A stretch of 64,000 nt of DNA from Eledone cirrhosa (GCA_964016885.1 OZ024742.1:211854001-211918000); one strand, 5' to 3'. Positions 1 through 13,043 are shown, counted from the first letter of the stretch. Program-made: numbers and translations. Notes: generated by a model not told the origin, from the sequence alone.

Positions 1-74
1 ACTGTTTCAGAAAGGAGGGATAAACATGCCAATCTATGTTTAGAATCCCGAGTAATGCCGGGCCATTCTGCTAG
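1..74 (+). mobile_element. Helitron 3' terminus (hairpin + CTAG)
   Basis: Near-identical to 53604-53676, which follows a Helitron PIF1-helicase C-terminus; GC-rich hairpin cccg...cggg, then CTAG at 71-74. Confidence 0.75.
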
Positions 75-95
75 CTATTATTATTATAATTATTG

Positions 96-1205
96 GGCGG
101 TGGATTGGCAGTATCGGTAGAGGGTCGGACGCCATGCTTTGCAGCATAGAGTTACGGCTCTTTATGATCTGAGCTCAAATCCCGCCGAGGTTAACTTTGC
201 CTTTCATCCTTATGGGGTTGATAAAATAAAGTACCAGTAATGTACTGGGTAATTTCTGGCCTTGTGCCTAAAGTAGAAACAATTATTATTATAATTATTG
301 GGCGGTGGATTGGCAGTATCGGTAGAGGGTCGGACGCCATGCTTTGCAGCATAGAGTTACGGCTCTTTATGATCTGAGCTCAAATCCCGCCGAGGTTAAC
401 TTTGTCTTTCATCCTTATGGGGTCGATAAAATAAAGTACCAGTAATACACTGGGTAATTGCTGGCCTTGTGCCAAAAGTAGAAACAATTATTATTATTAT
501 TATTATTGGCAGTATCAGTAAAGTGTTGGACACCATCTTTCACGACATAGAGTTATGACCCATTACATTCTGAGTTCAAATCCTGCCGTGGTTAGCTTTG
601 CTTTTCATCCTTGTGGGGTTGATAAAATAAAGTACCAGCAATGCACTGAGGTGATTTAACTGACTTGCCCCATCGCCCCTCAAATTGTTGGCCTTGTTCT
701 TAAATCAGAAACCATTATTATTATTATTATTGGCTTGTCGGTAGAGTGTTGAACAAAATACTTTGTGGTATTTAATTACGATGTTCTATGGTCTAAGTTT
801 AAATCCCTCCAGTACCAGTTAAATACTGGGATTGATATAATCGACTTCCCCTACCCCCAAATTGCTGGCCTTGTACCAGTATCAGAAAGACATTATTGGA
901 TTTACATGGGTAGTGGACTGACAGTATAGGTATAGGAATGGACAAAATGTGAGTTCAAATCCCACCGAGGTGAACTTGTGTCAATGTTAGAAAGAATTAT
1001 TATTGGATTATCAGTTATTAGAGTGTCTGACAAATGCTTAGCAGTTCTTTTCATTCTGAGTTCAAATCATGTCGAGGTCAACTTTGCCTTTCATCCTTCC
1101 AGGATTGATAAAATAAAGTACCAGTAAAGTACTAGGGGACAATTTAATTGACTCCCCATCCCACTCAAAAAAATTGCTGGCGCTGTGCTTAACATAGAAA
1201 CTATT
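96..1205 (+). mobile_element. Tandem cluster of about 6 tRNA-derived SINEs (Deu/Nin-domain-like core, ATT-repeat tail)
   Basis: Repeated A-box-like tggcagtatcggta, B-box gttcaaatccc, core gcctttcatccttatggggtcgataaaataaagtaccag and tail tagaaacaattattatt. The first two copies (96-285, 300-487) are nearly identical; later copies are more diverged. Confidence 0.85.
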
Positions 1206-1529
1206 ATTATTATTATCAACTTTTCAAAGTGGAAGTAGAATTTACATAACCCCAGTATTAACTGCCTGTGCTCAACAAGGCAAATCATTCATTGATATTG
1301 GAAATGTGCTCTGGACAGGTATAACAGGGCCCAATAGTCTGGAAAGGTGTCCCCCTAGTGTTAGTGACACAAATGAATCATTGTGGTGTGACGACCTGTC
1401 TCATATAGGACAGTTCTGAGCAAAGTTACATCCTTCAGTAGTTCCCAAGCCACCAACCTAGGGATGGTGTCCCATTAAAAAAAAACCCCAAACACATGGA
1501 AATTTACTCTTTTACCCATTTCAAAAATA

Positions 1530-4060
1530 TGGAGACAACAATAATTGCAGACTGTGGATCGTGGTGCAGGAAAATGCTAAGCAGTCCGAGTCCCCCAACC
1601 CAGGAGCACAGAGCAACATTCCTAGTGCTGGGGTAAAGAAGTTGCCAAAAAGACAATGTAGAATTAGAAATACTAAATTTAAGTGGACCCAGGTTGACAA
1701 TAAGGTATTATGGGAATCTTATGTTAGGAGTGATCCATTGGAAAAAAGGATACACGAATTGTGGATGGAAAGAGGGATGAAAGAGCTTACTTCTCAAAGG
1801 CTAATTGTTTAGGCTAGAAACATGAGAACCAAGAAGGTATTGTCCAGGGTAGAACTAGTAGAGATTCATCACATAGTCCATGAAGAAGCAGGCGCTGAGG
1901 TCTTGAATAATGAAGTGAACAAAGAAAATCTGGAAGAGAGGGACTCTGTTGATGTGTTTGAAGAAATTGCTATTTGAGAAAACATCATTGGATTGAGGAT
2001 GTACGAGGTACCATGTCATCTCATCCAGCCAAACTGGTGGTAAAACTCCAGAGTTTAGACATTGATAATGACAATGGTAACATCAGGGTGTTGACTGATG
2101 ACTGAACATGAAAGGAATTTATTAGCAAGGTTAAGAGATGTCTATCAGGGTGACTTACCACCAGTGATCCTGTCCATTAAAAAAATCAAATGGAAGGCTG
2201 AGATAAAATCTGTCAACAGCATTATAGGTGATGCAAAAACTAATGACATTACAGAAACACATAAGCTGCTTACTAGTATAGTATTATTAGTTGCTGAGAG
2301 AATAGGAGTTAAAACCCCCCAAAAAGGAAAAACAGGAAAAAATAGAAGCTCCATTCTGGAAACAGAATTGAGAGACATCCTTGACTGGAGAAAACATCTT
2401 AGTCTCCTGGATAATTAAAGAGGGGAGATCATAATCTGACCTCTAAAGAAAGATTGGACAAAAAATATGATCTTGAAGCTGTAGGCTAAATTGGTGTGAT
2501 AAGTCAACTTAAGACAAAAATACACTGTAGCAGTCTGAAGATTCGGAATTTTGAAAATCAACAACAGCGATTCTATCAAAATAATCCTTTTTGATCAAAC
2601 CCTTCTCAGTTTTATTAAGCACTTGATGGTAAATTCCAAACGGAGAACATGCTTCCTGATCTAGTTGAGGCGACTGAAGTTTTGAACAACATCTGGGGAA
2701 TACCTTCTTATAATAATAAAACAGTGACTTCAGAGAGTAAGACATCAACTTAACCAGAATGTGAAACAAGATAACATCAGGAATTACTCCAGTGATGTCA
2801 AACAGTTTGTTACAGGAATGGCAAGCTGGAAGGCACTTGACCCTGACAGCCTCCAAGGATTTTGGTCCAAGAAAATGAGTAATATACATGATAGGATAGC
2901 TAAACACTTGAACAAGTGCTTGCAACTAGAAGTCCCAAATTGGATGACCAAGGGTCAAACAGTCCTTATAGTGAAGGACAAAGTGAAGGGAAATGTGACT
3001 GCCAATTATCGATCAATAGTGTGCCTTCCAATCATTTGAAAACTGTTGACTGGGATTATTGGAAATAAAATATACAAACATCTCAAAGAGATAAATCTCC
3101 CAAATGAACAGAAAGGATATTGTAGATGGTCCAAGGGAACAAAGGGCCAGTTGTTAATTGATAAGGTGATTCTAAGGAATGAAAAAAGAACTTGGCAATG
3201 ACTTTTATAGATTTCAAGAAAGCCTATAACACAGTCCCCCACTCTTGGTTAAAGGAAGCTCTCAACTTTGTAGTTGTTGCAGATAACATCAAGTAAATGT
3301 TGTACAACAGTATGGAGCAGTAGAGAATGGAATTGTCATCTGGCAATGAAGTTTTAGAAGAGTTTCGCATCAGACGATGTTTATATTATGTTGAAAGAGT
3401 CCATGTCTATAAACCATCTATTGTTCAAAAACAATTTAAAGTTGTATGGCTGTAAATGAAAGAGAACTTCATTCATTTGTCCACACAATGAAGATGACAT
3501 AGGCACAAAGTTTGGTTTAGACAGGTGCAAAACATTGACAATAAAAAAGGGCAAATTAGTTGAGATCGAGGATATTGAAATGCCTGATGGTGAAAGAATG
3601 TCCCAAATTGAAGGAACAGGTTACAAATACTTGGGAATGTTGCAGGATACAGGAATTAGAACAGGGGAAATGAAGGAAAAGATTGAGAAGGAGTACATCA
3701 GGAGAGTGAGACAACTGTCCAAGTCAAAACTGTATTCAGGAAATGTAACATCTGGAATAAAACAACTGGCTTTGAGAGTAGTGAGGTATAGTGCTGGAAA
3801 AGTTGATTGGACGAAACAAGACCTTGAAAGAATTGATAGACGCACTCATAAGATCTTAACATGCAATGGGTGCTTACATCTAAGGACAATATTACAAGGC
3901 TGTACCTTAAGAGAAAGGAAAGTGAGAGGTTTAATTTCAGTTGAGCAATGTATACATAGTGAGTGCAACAGTTTGTGGGACTATCTAACATTAACTGAAG
4001 AACCACTACTCAGAGAAGTTCTGAAGGAAGACAGAGCATGAAGGTAAGGAAGCATACAAC
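1530..4060 (+). mobile_element. Decayed non-LTR retrotransposon, R4/Dong-like RT ORF
   Basis: ORF fragments with [32 protein letters not shown] and YKYLGMLQ..EYIRRVRQL..LYSGN..RYSAG..W..RGLISVE; many stops and frameshifts, RT core partly deleted. Confidence 0.8.
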
Positions 4061-4064
4061 AAAG

Positions 4065-4612
4065 CCTTTAGAAACAAGAAGAGAAAGAATATCTCTTCTT
4101 ACATTTGCAAGTTTGTTTTCATCCAGGTTTGGTTGCATATCTGGATTTCTTTCCCACCATACCCGAAAAAAATTTACTATGTGTTTTGATTCTGATGGTT
4201 TGGCCAAAGAGTGATAGAGTGAATATATCACTTCTTTATACTCTTCTCAAATCCATTTGATACATTGAGTTTTTTTGTCTTTCTTGTGGTGCTGAACTTG
4301 AAAGGCTTGGATTGAGATTATTCTCATTCAAGTGACCATTCAAGTCTGTATTGGGGTAAGAACTCGTTTCAGCTGCAGACCTTTTGACCCAAGGCTCATT
4401 CCTCCCTGAGGGACGTGTTCCTTGTTGACCCGGGTGACAACTGATTCAATAAGTGTTTTTGTATGTAGACATTGTGGGTCTTTTTTGTTGTTTTTTATTA
4501 TATTTTATCCTTCACTTCGAGGTGATACCATCTCTGGGATGATTATCAACCAAGATTAGTGAGTTCATCCTGCTCATGAGACACATCTGCTCCCCATCGG
4601 GTGCCAGGGGTT
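4065..4612 (-). mobile_element. 5' end / N-terminal fragment of a second R4/Dong-like element
   Basis: Minus ORF WWERNPDMQPNLDENKLANVRRDIL resembles the N-terminal region of R4/Dong ORFs; it begins next to a (TAA)n tract at about 4612-4623. Confidence 0.55.
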
Positions 4613-4654
4613 TTATTATTATTAGTGCTGTCCTTAATGTTTTCTTCTGTTAGG

Positions 4655-4868
4655 TGATGGGTGATTGAGCGTCGGACAACATGCTTCGCAGCATAGAGTT
4701 ACGACCCTTTATGTTCTGAGTTCAAATCTCGTAGAGCTTGGCTTTGCTTTTCAACCTTACAGAGTTGATAAAATAAAGAACCAGTAAAGCACTGAGGTCA
4801 ATTTAATTAATTTTCCCCTCCCTTTCAAATTACTGGCCTTGTGCCTAAAATAGAGACAATTATTATTA
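4655..4868 (+). mobile_element. tRNA-derived SINE (same family as 96-285)
   Basis: B-box gagttcaaatct, core and attatt tail; a more decayed copy follows at about 4880-5080. Confidence 0.75.
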
Positions 4869-5084
4869 TAGGTTTCCAAAAGTTAGGGTGTGGCAGAAAC
4901 AATTGAGGGTTACAACTATAATTCTCCAGAATTTTCAATCTCATGCTTCTATGTTTTGAGTTCAAATTCTGTTAGGGTTTACTTAACATTTTTGACCATG
5001 CAACATCAATAAAATAAGTACCAGTCATGTACTGGTATTGACCCAATCAACTGTATTCTTCTACAATGTTTTTACTTTGAGCCT

Positions 5085-5400
5085 CTTCTTCTTCACCCAC
5101 ATATTCCTGGGAGGGTTGTGGAGATAGAGTTCTCAAGCACGCCTTCATTGGATCCTGTCAGAAGCAACTGCCTCTAATTGATCTGGCTGGATCCGAACCA
5201 TCTTGCTCAGGATCTAACCCTGGGTCTCCTGCCAGTTGATTTTGCCTGTAAAATCTGTCAAGCAATTCTTTCCTGAGACATTCTAACTACATGTCCCTAG
5301 TATTGGAATTGTGCTCTCTCAATTCAGAGAAGTAGTGGCTCTACCTGGAGCAATTCACTGTCAAGTAATGTTACTCCAAAGAGGAACCCCGTGAGACATC
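5085..5400 (-). mobile_element. 3' fragment of an RTE-like LINE with (GAA)n tail
   Basis: Reverse complement of the 26850-27235 element (ccactacttctctgaattgagag...gaagaagaag). Confidence 0.6.
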
Positions 5401-5563
5401 AGGGCAGTAAGAAACTGTTCATTGATCCCAAACTTTGAACCATTATTTTTAATTTCTTGCTCTTTGTAATTAAATATGTTCACAAATGGAACATCATCAA
5501 ATTTTAATGTTTCACAACTATAACCCTTCAACTTTTAATAAATCCTGAAACATTATTTTTCAG

Positions 5564-5647
5564 GCGGGTATCAATGTCCTTGATGAACTCACAAGAAGAA
5601 AATCCACTTTGAAAAACAACATCAAGAATATATTTGAGAAATATATG
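5564..5647 (+). CDS. Ankyrin-repeat protein, first exon visible in the window (AGINVLDELTRRKSTLKNNIKNIFEKYM)
   Basis: tttttcag acceptor, gtttgt donor, 84 bp, open and in frame with the next exon; upstream exons lie outside the window. Confidence 0.7.
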
Positions 5648-5817
5648 GTTTGTAGCATGTTTATTTTAATTTTTTTAAATTTCCTATCTAGTTATATTTC
5701 TCTGTTTTAGTTCAAATCCTGCCAAGTTTAATTTTGCCTATCATCCTTTCTGGATTGACAAATCAAGAGTGCCAGTAATATATGAACTAACTGCCTTACA
5801 GTATTCAATATTGACTG

Positions 5818-7503
5818 AGTAGCTGGAGTTACTTCCTGTCTAGAGAGCACTACTGGTGATGTGATCGTCACAACAAGGGAGGCAACTCTTGCTACACTAT
5901 CTCCCGCCAGATTTTATAAAACATAAAAATCGAATCAACCATGTATGAAGTAAGATGGCGAGCATGTAACACCAAAGTCCAGGCATGAAAATTACAAAAA
6001 AAATAATGTTTGCAATAAAAGCAAAACAGCAAAATATAAGCATGCAAAAATCAATGATAGATATCAAGGTAGCCAACCGGTCTTGCTCATCAATCCATCA
6101 CACAAAGATACAATGTAATCAAAAGAAGAGGTCAAAGGAACAAAGAAACGTGCTCGAACATAGTTATAAACAAAGTTCAAAATAAAGTTCACAGGTGACA
6201 GCAGGAAAGAAAGTGCGTCCTCCAGAGAATATATGCAGGTGGTTTCTAGACTGTGGTACAACGTGAAATTGGGATTTTCTCACAGGAAGAGTGCTGCAAA
6301 AATAAATTCTCTGTTTTGTTCTGCTGGTTTTGGTTGTTGATAAAGCAAAGATGAAGCTGTGTTGTTGTTGTTGATGTTGTTGTCTCGTGGAGTGAGATAA
6401 CTCTTTCAAAGTTGTTTCAAATCACAGTAAAAAGTTTCCCAGAAAAAATGAGTTGCGCAAAGTGCTAGAAATAACAGCCAAAGTTGATGGTCACTGTTGA
6501 GAATGCGTTGACCTGGAAGGGCCAAGAGGCAGTGACCAAAGAAATAAGCATTCTGAATAAATGCGCAGTTTTCAAAGGCAAATTTACGTGGTAAAATTTT
6601 AAACCGGCAAATAAGAGAATATAGCTTAAGGCTGGAGAATCCTTGGCAAGAAACATTATCTATGGCATGTGTTATCTCAGTGAGTCGAGATGTGTGCTCC
6701 CGCACGTGCCGAAACAAGGTTAAAGTCAAGTTGAGAAAAAAAAAAATTTCTATTGCGCAAGAAAATGGCGCGAAAATGATAGTGCAACAGATGTTGAATA
6801 TAAGAATACAGGAGTCCAAGTCTTTTTGAGTGTTCATTGTGAGACGGACGAAGGATATATGCAGTGATTTAAACGATGTAAACACGTGAGGTGAAAAGCA
6901 AAATATTTTCTTGTTTGTTTGCTGCTGAGGAAAAGATTACTTATATTTTTCGTTGTAGACAAAATCCATGTGGAATGTTGTAGAAAAAAATCCATGTGGA
7001 ATGTTAGAGGAATTTTTTCTTTTTTGAAATACTGCTAATTAATTTTCCTTTTCTTTATATTCACACAACACCAGATCCTATTATTATTTTTTTTTCGGGG
7101 TCACCACTTATAACAGGTGACACTGGGTTGTATGTACAATATTTATTTAACAAGGTTGAGTCATGTAGAGCAGAATAGCTGACATGCCAAGAGAGATGAA
7201 AGGATGAATTAAAGTTAGTTGTATTACCGTCTTGAAGTCATCGCGCATTAGACCAAGAGGTCTTTACATTACCATGTTCAGGTTGCCAGAGAGTATACCC
7301 TCTGGCAGAACGCACCTGGCCGAAGAGCCAGGCAGGTTGAAAGAGTGGGAGATAGCTTTCAGCTCTCTCCTTTATAGGATCCCTGGACGGAAGTGACAAA
7401 AAAGGCTCTGCAACCTCAACGGGAAGTAACTCCAGCTACTTCCTGTCTAGAGAGCGCTACTGGTGATGTGATCATCACAACAAGGGAGGCAACTCTTGCT
7501 ACA
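5818..7503 (-). mobile_element. Non-autonomous Gypsy-type LTR element (full 5' LTR 7108-7503, truncated 3' LTR 5818-5896)
   Basis: The shared LTR segment ends in cttgctaca (minus-strand start TGTAGC). PBS tggtgaccccg at 7096-7106 is complementary to the tRNA-Trp 3' end. PPT-like ggcgggagatag at 5897-5908. The interior has no recognisable retroelement protein. Confidence 0.75.
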
Positions 7504-7770
7504 AACTTAATGAATGCATGAATAAAGTTCTGAACAATTCAAAACACCTGTAGGGAGAGTTTTTGTCTACTAATTGCTTAGATAATCTCAGTTGATGAAA
7601 GTTTTTCTACTCCTTATATTACCTATGTGAGACCCTACCATAATTTCCTCAGTTATATTGTGTATATAAGGAATGCTTTACAATATTTAATATAGGAAGT
7701 ATCAACAATTGAAAGACTAAAGAAAACAGTTTCCTTTTTCCAATCTAATGATCAGCTACATTCCAATATA

Positions 7771-7851
7771 CAGGGTGTCCCCCCCCAAAATGTATATGCA
7801 TTTCAACAACATTCTAATAAATATGTGTATACATTTTTGGGGGAAACCCTG
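7771..7851. mobile_element. Tiny Tc1/mariner-type MITE
   Basis: ta-cagggtgtcccc...gggaaaccctg-ta; inverted termini flanked by TA. Confidence 0.7.
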
Positions 7852-8261
7852 TATATATGTTTAATTTTGTCCCTCTACATTTTGAGTTCAAATCCCAATG
7901 ATATCAACTTTGCTTTTGGATTTTTCAGGGCTGATGTTGATTGTACCTAATCCACTTAGGGTTTTATGAGAAACCATTATATAAATTATGATGTACATTT
8001 AATATACAGATGAAACCATTCCATTTCAGTTTCTAATATTTTAGGGGGAAGCATGAATATCACAAATTCTAAAATTTCATTAATTTGTTATCTTTATGTT
8101 GTACAGGTGGGGGCATAGTTCCCCTACCTCATGGGATGTCTCTGGTTAATCTTATCTGGAATGGGGTATATCTCTGTTTGTGAGCACCCTGCCCACCAAA
8201 ACCCTCTGGCTGGAACGTATAAACATATAACCCCAATGCACTGAGCAAAACCACATCCTGC

Positions 8262-9005
8262 TTCCCCTTATATTTCCAGCAAGGCCTTACAGCCCCATAA
8301 TATCACTGACCCTTATATTTCCAGCAAGGCATTACAGCCCCATAATGTTGCTAAACCTTATATTTCTAGCAAAGCCCTGCAGCCCCATGATGTCACTGAC
8401 CCTTATATTTCTAGTAAGTCCTTGCAGCCTCATAATGTCACTGACCCTTATATTTCTAGTAAGGCCCTGTAGCCCCATGATGTCACTGACCTTTATATTT
8501 CTAGTAAAGCCCCATGATGTCATTGACCCTTATATTTATAGCAATGCCCTCTAACCCCATGATGTCACTGACCCTTATATTTCTAGCAATGCCCTCTAAC
8601 CCCATGATGTCACTGACCCTTATATTTCTAGCAATGCCCTCTAACCCCATGATGTCACTGACCCTTATATTTCTAGCAAGGCCCTCTAACCCCATGATGC
8701 CACTGACCCTTATATTTCTAGCAAGGCCCCCTAACCCCATGATGTCACTGACCCTTATATTTCTAGCAAGGCCCCCTAACCCCATGATGCCACTGACCCT
8801 TATATTTCTAGCAAGGCCCCCTAACCCCATGATGCCACTGACCCTTATATTTCTAGCAAGGCCCCCTAACCCCATGATGCCACTGACCCTTATATTTCTA
8901 GCAAAGCCCCCTAACCCCATGATGTCACTGACCCTTATATTTCTAGCAAGGCCCCCTAACCCCATAGTATCATAACTTATGCTTCCGGCAAGGCTCCCAG
9001 CCCCA
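8262..9005. repeat. 39-bp minisatellite, about 19 copies
   Basis: Unit ccccatgatgtcactgacccttatatttctagcaaggccc(c/t)ctaa; it generates the spurious 13-aa-repeat ORFs on both strands. Confidence 0.95.
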
Positions 9006-9040
9006 CACTATATTAACTAATTGATTTCTTCTACTTGCAG

Positions 9041-9127
9041 CCTGGAATGTGGAATGCTGTTGAAAACGATGACTTGATGAGTGTGCGGCGTTTAGTTAAC
9101 CAGTGGTGTAGAACAGATATTGAAAAG
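9041..9127 (+). CDS. Ankyrin-repeat protein exon (PGMWNAVENDDLMSVRRLVNQWCRTDIEK)
   Basis: cttgcag acceptor, gtacat donor, 87 bp, phase 0; ankyrin-like AV..DD...VRRLV. Confidence 0.85.
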
Positions 9128-9280
9128 GTACATATACAATATTGGTATATATATATAAGTATAATATTAGTATAAAGATGTGTTATAGCAAATTGATTAT
9201 AATTGCAATTGTTTCCTTACTTCTAAATTATATCATTCTAGAAGTTGCTAGATTTAAAACTAAGTTTCTTTTAATTACAG

Positions 9281-9364
9281 AATGGAAAAACCTTGGTGCA
9301 ACTTGCTATTGAGCGTGGTATTGAAAATATGGACCGTTTAGTTAGTGAAATAAATCCCTCTATG
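9281..9364 (+). CDS. Ankyrin-repeat protein exon (NGKTLVQLAIERGIENMDRLVSEINPSM)
   Basis: ttacag acceptor, gtatgg donor, 84 bp; G.T.L.LA...G ankyrin motif. Confidence 0.88.
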
Positions 9365-9402
9365 GTATGGTTTTAAGGGATATTTTCTCAATTAATTTTT
9401 CA

Positions 9403-9775
9403 TTAGTAGTTAGAGCATTGGCCTTGCAATTGAAAGGTTGTGAGTTCAATTCTCAGACCGGGTGATGCGTTGTTTCCTTGAGCAAGACACTTTATTTCAC
9501 ATTGCTCCAGTTTACTCAGCTGTAGAAATGAGATGATAGGGACTGGGGTCCCTATAATTCCACTGCAAAGTGGTCGTGGAGGTGCCATGGCAAAAAAGCA
9601 CCTAGCCCATGCTGTAAAATGGACGTGTAGGCGCCACGGAAAAAAAGCACCCAGCACTCACTGTAAATGAGGTTGGTGTTAGGAAGGGCATCCAGCTGTA
9701 GAAATCAAGCCAGAAGCAGTTCCCGTCCCACCCTTGCAAGCAGGGAAAAGCGGACGTAAAATGATGATGATGATG
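9403..9775 (+). mobile_element. tRNA-derived SINE with an RTE-type 3' tail
   Basis: B-box gagttcaattc and body ccttgagcaagacactttatttcac. The 3' end cttgcaagcagggaaaagcggacgtaaaatgatgatg matches the RTE 3' end at 14410-14470. Related copies at about 10770-11050, 19850-19985(-), 35580-35972(-) and 47160-47290(-). Confidence 0.75.
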
Positions 9776-10396
9776 CATTGACAGGCTGTATTAACATAAT
9801 CAAATTGTTACTATCTACCAAGAGTACTCCTTACATATGTGTATGGACCCATAACTCCTGATGGAGTATTGTGGGAGCTGTATTGTCACATAATATGTCT
9901 TGGGTATTTAAACATGGTGGAACCAATCCTCTCCAAGTTTGAACACAGTCAATTTCTTTCAGAGAAGGAGAGAGAGAAAGAGAGAAAGAGCAATTGAGAA
10001 AGAAGTGAAGAAACTAGTCAAAAAGAACCTGAGAAAAAATATTGCAATATTGTCATTTTTTAGAATATTGTCCCAGAGATGAAATGACACTAGGCTAAAA
10101 TAAATGGAAAGATGCTGTGATATAGATCCTTCCAGTACAAACTGGTATGGAGGGAAAAAAAAGTTATTGTCTATACTCTGCATTATTCATACAAGTTTCT
10201 GCCCACTTCTTAGAAGTAAATGACTCATGTTCTACTGTATTTGCTATGAAATCCTTTGCCACTTTGATCTTCAAAGATTGGCATTTTATTTTAACAGTGG
10301 CATTTTTTTTTTGTTTTTGTTTTTTTTTGTTTGTTTGTTTGTTAATTTTATACGTCCATGATACCTTGGTTACATTGTAAAGAATATATATTTTAG

Positions 10397-10489
10397 GATT
10401 TGGCTCATGGTGTGCTTGCTGATGACATGATTCTTGTCAGTGAAGTCATTGATTCTAAAAAACCAGTGAATATGAATTTTCGAAATGGA
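10397..10489 (+). CDS. Ankyrin-repeat protein exon (DLAHGVLADDMILVSEVIDSKKPVNMNFRNG)
   Basis: ttttag acceptor, gtaaga donor, 93 bp, phase 0. Confidence 0.85.
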
Positions 10490-10572
10490 GTAAGATCTAT
10501 TATAGTTTGCTATAAATTTCTTAATTAATTTTCATGTTTTATACTACTATATTTGCCTTTTTATGACAGAAA

Positions 10573-10636
<64 letters not shown>

Positions 10637-11490
10637 TGTGTGTGTGTGTGTGTGTGTATAACCTCTATTAGCATAGAACAACAGATATTAAATGATAATG
10701 ATGACGATGCTAATTATGTTTAATATATCCACATTTATTTGATCCTACCACATCATACCTTGTGAAGGCACATGGCCCAATGGTTAGGATGCTTGACATA
10801 GTGTCGTAATGTCGTCTGTTTGATTGCTGGACTGGTTGCTGTGTTGTTCGGCAAAACACTATATTTCACTTTTCTCCAGTACACTCAGCTGAGATGAGTA
10901 CTAGCAGTACCTATGGAGTTAAACGTGCGATAGACCAACATCTTATCCAAGGACAGACTTATACTCTCAGTTGCTTAACACCTAGGAAACCAGGGATAAG
11001 CACTGGCTTGAGGAGCTTTTGGCTTAAAACAGACTGCATCGTACCTTGGGATATAGGTGTCTTGTACCATAGCCTCAGGTAAACCAAAGCCTTGCAAATG
11101 AAATGTAAAATACCTGCCTCTTTCATCATTGTCATTGCCATTATCATTTCACATCCACTTTCCAAGCTGACATGGGTTGAACAAGTTGTGACAATGAGTC
11201 TATTCTTATTTGAAGTTACGTCTCACTTGGTATGATTACAACAGTTGGATGTTCTTCCTAATACCAACCACTTTATAGAGTATACTAGGTGCATTTTATC
11301 ATGACACTAGCACTAATTTGTTTGTCCTGTCCTCAGCATGACTATAGAGTTATCACAACCTATATTGTCTTTGTTCATAAACTACTCTATTGAATACACT
11401 TGCTACATTTTATTGTGGCACTAGCACTAGAAAAGTTGACTTGCCCCCTGCAAGACTTTAGTATTCTAAAGTGTCTTTGTTCGTTTAAAG

Positions 11491-12368
11491 CAGAGGTTCT
11501 CAAACTGTTGCCCCCCCCCCCCCCCTCACGGCCACGTAATACCCTCAGCGCCCCCCACCCTCAGTGCCCCCACCCTCAGCGCCCCCCACCATCAGTCTGT
11601 GATGACACATCCAAACCTTACTAGCAGAGAAACTGGACATTAAACAATGATGGTGATGATGTTAGTTTATCATTAGTAACATAGATGTAAAAAGAATGTG
11701 ATTTTGCCAATAAAAATTTGGCAGTTAAGATATGTTATTGTTAGTAGCGACATGAGTAACCAGTTTGGTAGAAAGATGTGGTAAGGACAACGACTTTGGC
11801 TTGTTTTACATTATTTGTTAAGAAAGGTTGAGCTGAGTAGAGCAGGCATGCTAAGAGAGATAAAACAAACGAATTAAGAATTCAGAAGGCACTGTCCACT
11901 GGCTGAAGTGTTGCCAAGCCGTGGTTAAGTTGTTGTGTTACATGTAGGCTAGTGATTTCACGACGAAAGAAAGTTAGTTGTTTACCTTTCCCCGGTCAGG
12001 CTGCAAGAGAGAGATTTCTCAAATCGACCCGGGAATTTTTCCCTCAGGGCGCGTAGAGATACATTCTCCTCCGCTGGTGGTCATTGGCTGGGCTGAGCCA
12101 AATAACGCACAGAGAATGTATGTGAGCCCGCGGAATGTAGGTCACTACAAGAATAAAGACATCTATGAGATTGTGTAGAATCTACACATCTCATAGATGT
12201 CTATATAAATGCTTAAATAATATATTTGTAAAAAAAAGAAAAAAACAAGTTATTTATTGTTTAAAATTTAAACAATAAATAGCTTGTTTTTTTCTTTTTT
12301 TTAATACTACACTGTCGCCCCCCAACTGCCCCACGATATCAAAGCACCACCGACTTTGGGAAACAATG
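11491..12368. mobile_element. hAT-type MITE with a nested solo LTR
   Basis: Imperfect TIRs cagaggttctcaaa / tttgggaaacaatg; exact 8-bp TSD gtttaaag at 11483-11490 and 12369-12376. Confidence 0.8.
11697..12149 (-). mobile_element. Solo LTR
   Basis: TG...CA ends, 4-bp TSD agaa; homologous to 12546-13043 (shared ggaatgtaggtcactaca end). Confidence 0.7.
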
Positions 12369-12545
12369 GTTTAAAGCAATGCAAATGAAGGCATGGATAG
12401 AAAAGAGAGTGATGCCCAAGTGAGAAGAAGAAGAAATAATATGAGTATGAGTATGATGGAGGAAACAGAGATAAGAGCAAGAAAGTGGTAAGAGAAGGAT
12501 TAATAAAAGAGAGACAGTGATAAGCAGTTACATTTTGCTTGTTGG

Positions 12546-13043
12546 TTTAGAAATAAGTATTTTAGTAGATAGTTAATAGATGATACATATTATGTGTTGA
12601 GAATGTATGTATTGTGTATCACAGAAGTCACCATTGAAGCAGTTAAAAGCAATGTTGTGGAAATTAGCATCATACGACTTTATAATGTTTATAATATATA
12701 ATTTATTTACAAACCGATTACAAAGGTTTAGCTGGCATGCCAAGAGAAAAGAATAGACAAATTAATATGCTGTAAAAGAAGACGCAGTCCGGTGGCTGAA
12801 GTTGGAAGCCTGGCCGCGGATAAGTTTGGTAGCTACATCTTGGAATATTTGAGGAGCAAAATCAAGAGATATTTACCTTCACGGTGTCGAGATGCAAGAG
12901 AGAGTTTTTCGAAAAGAAGCGGGAATTTTTCCCTCTGGGTGGAAGTTGAGATACATCTCCCTACGCTGGTAGCGATTGGCTGAATTGAGCCAAACAGCAT
13001 ACGGAGAATGTATCCATGAGTCCTCGGAATGTAGGTCACTACA
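12546..13043 (-). mobile_element. Solo LTR
   Basis: Ends in gtaggtcactaca; candidate 4-bp TSD ttgg with a left boundary starting tttag, as in the 23067 element. Confidence 0.6.

Noticed and set aside
8332-8975. Repetitive 13-aa ORFs on both strands
   Set aside because: By-product of a 39-bp tandem repeat; no splice or homology support.
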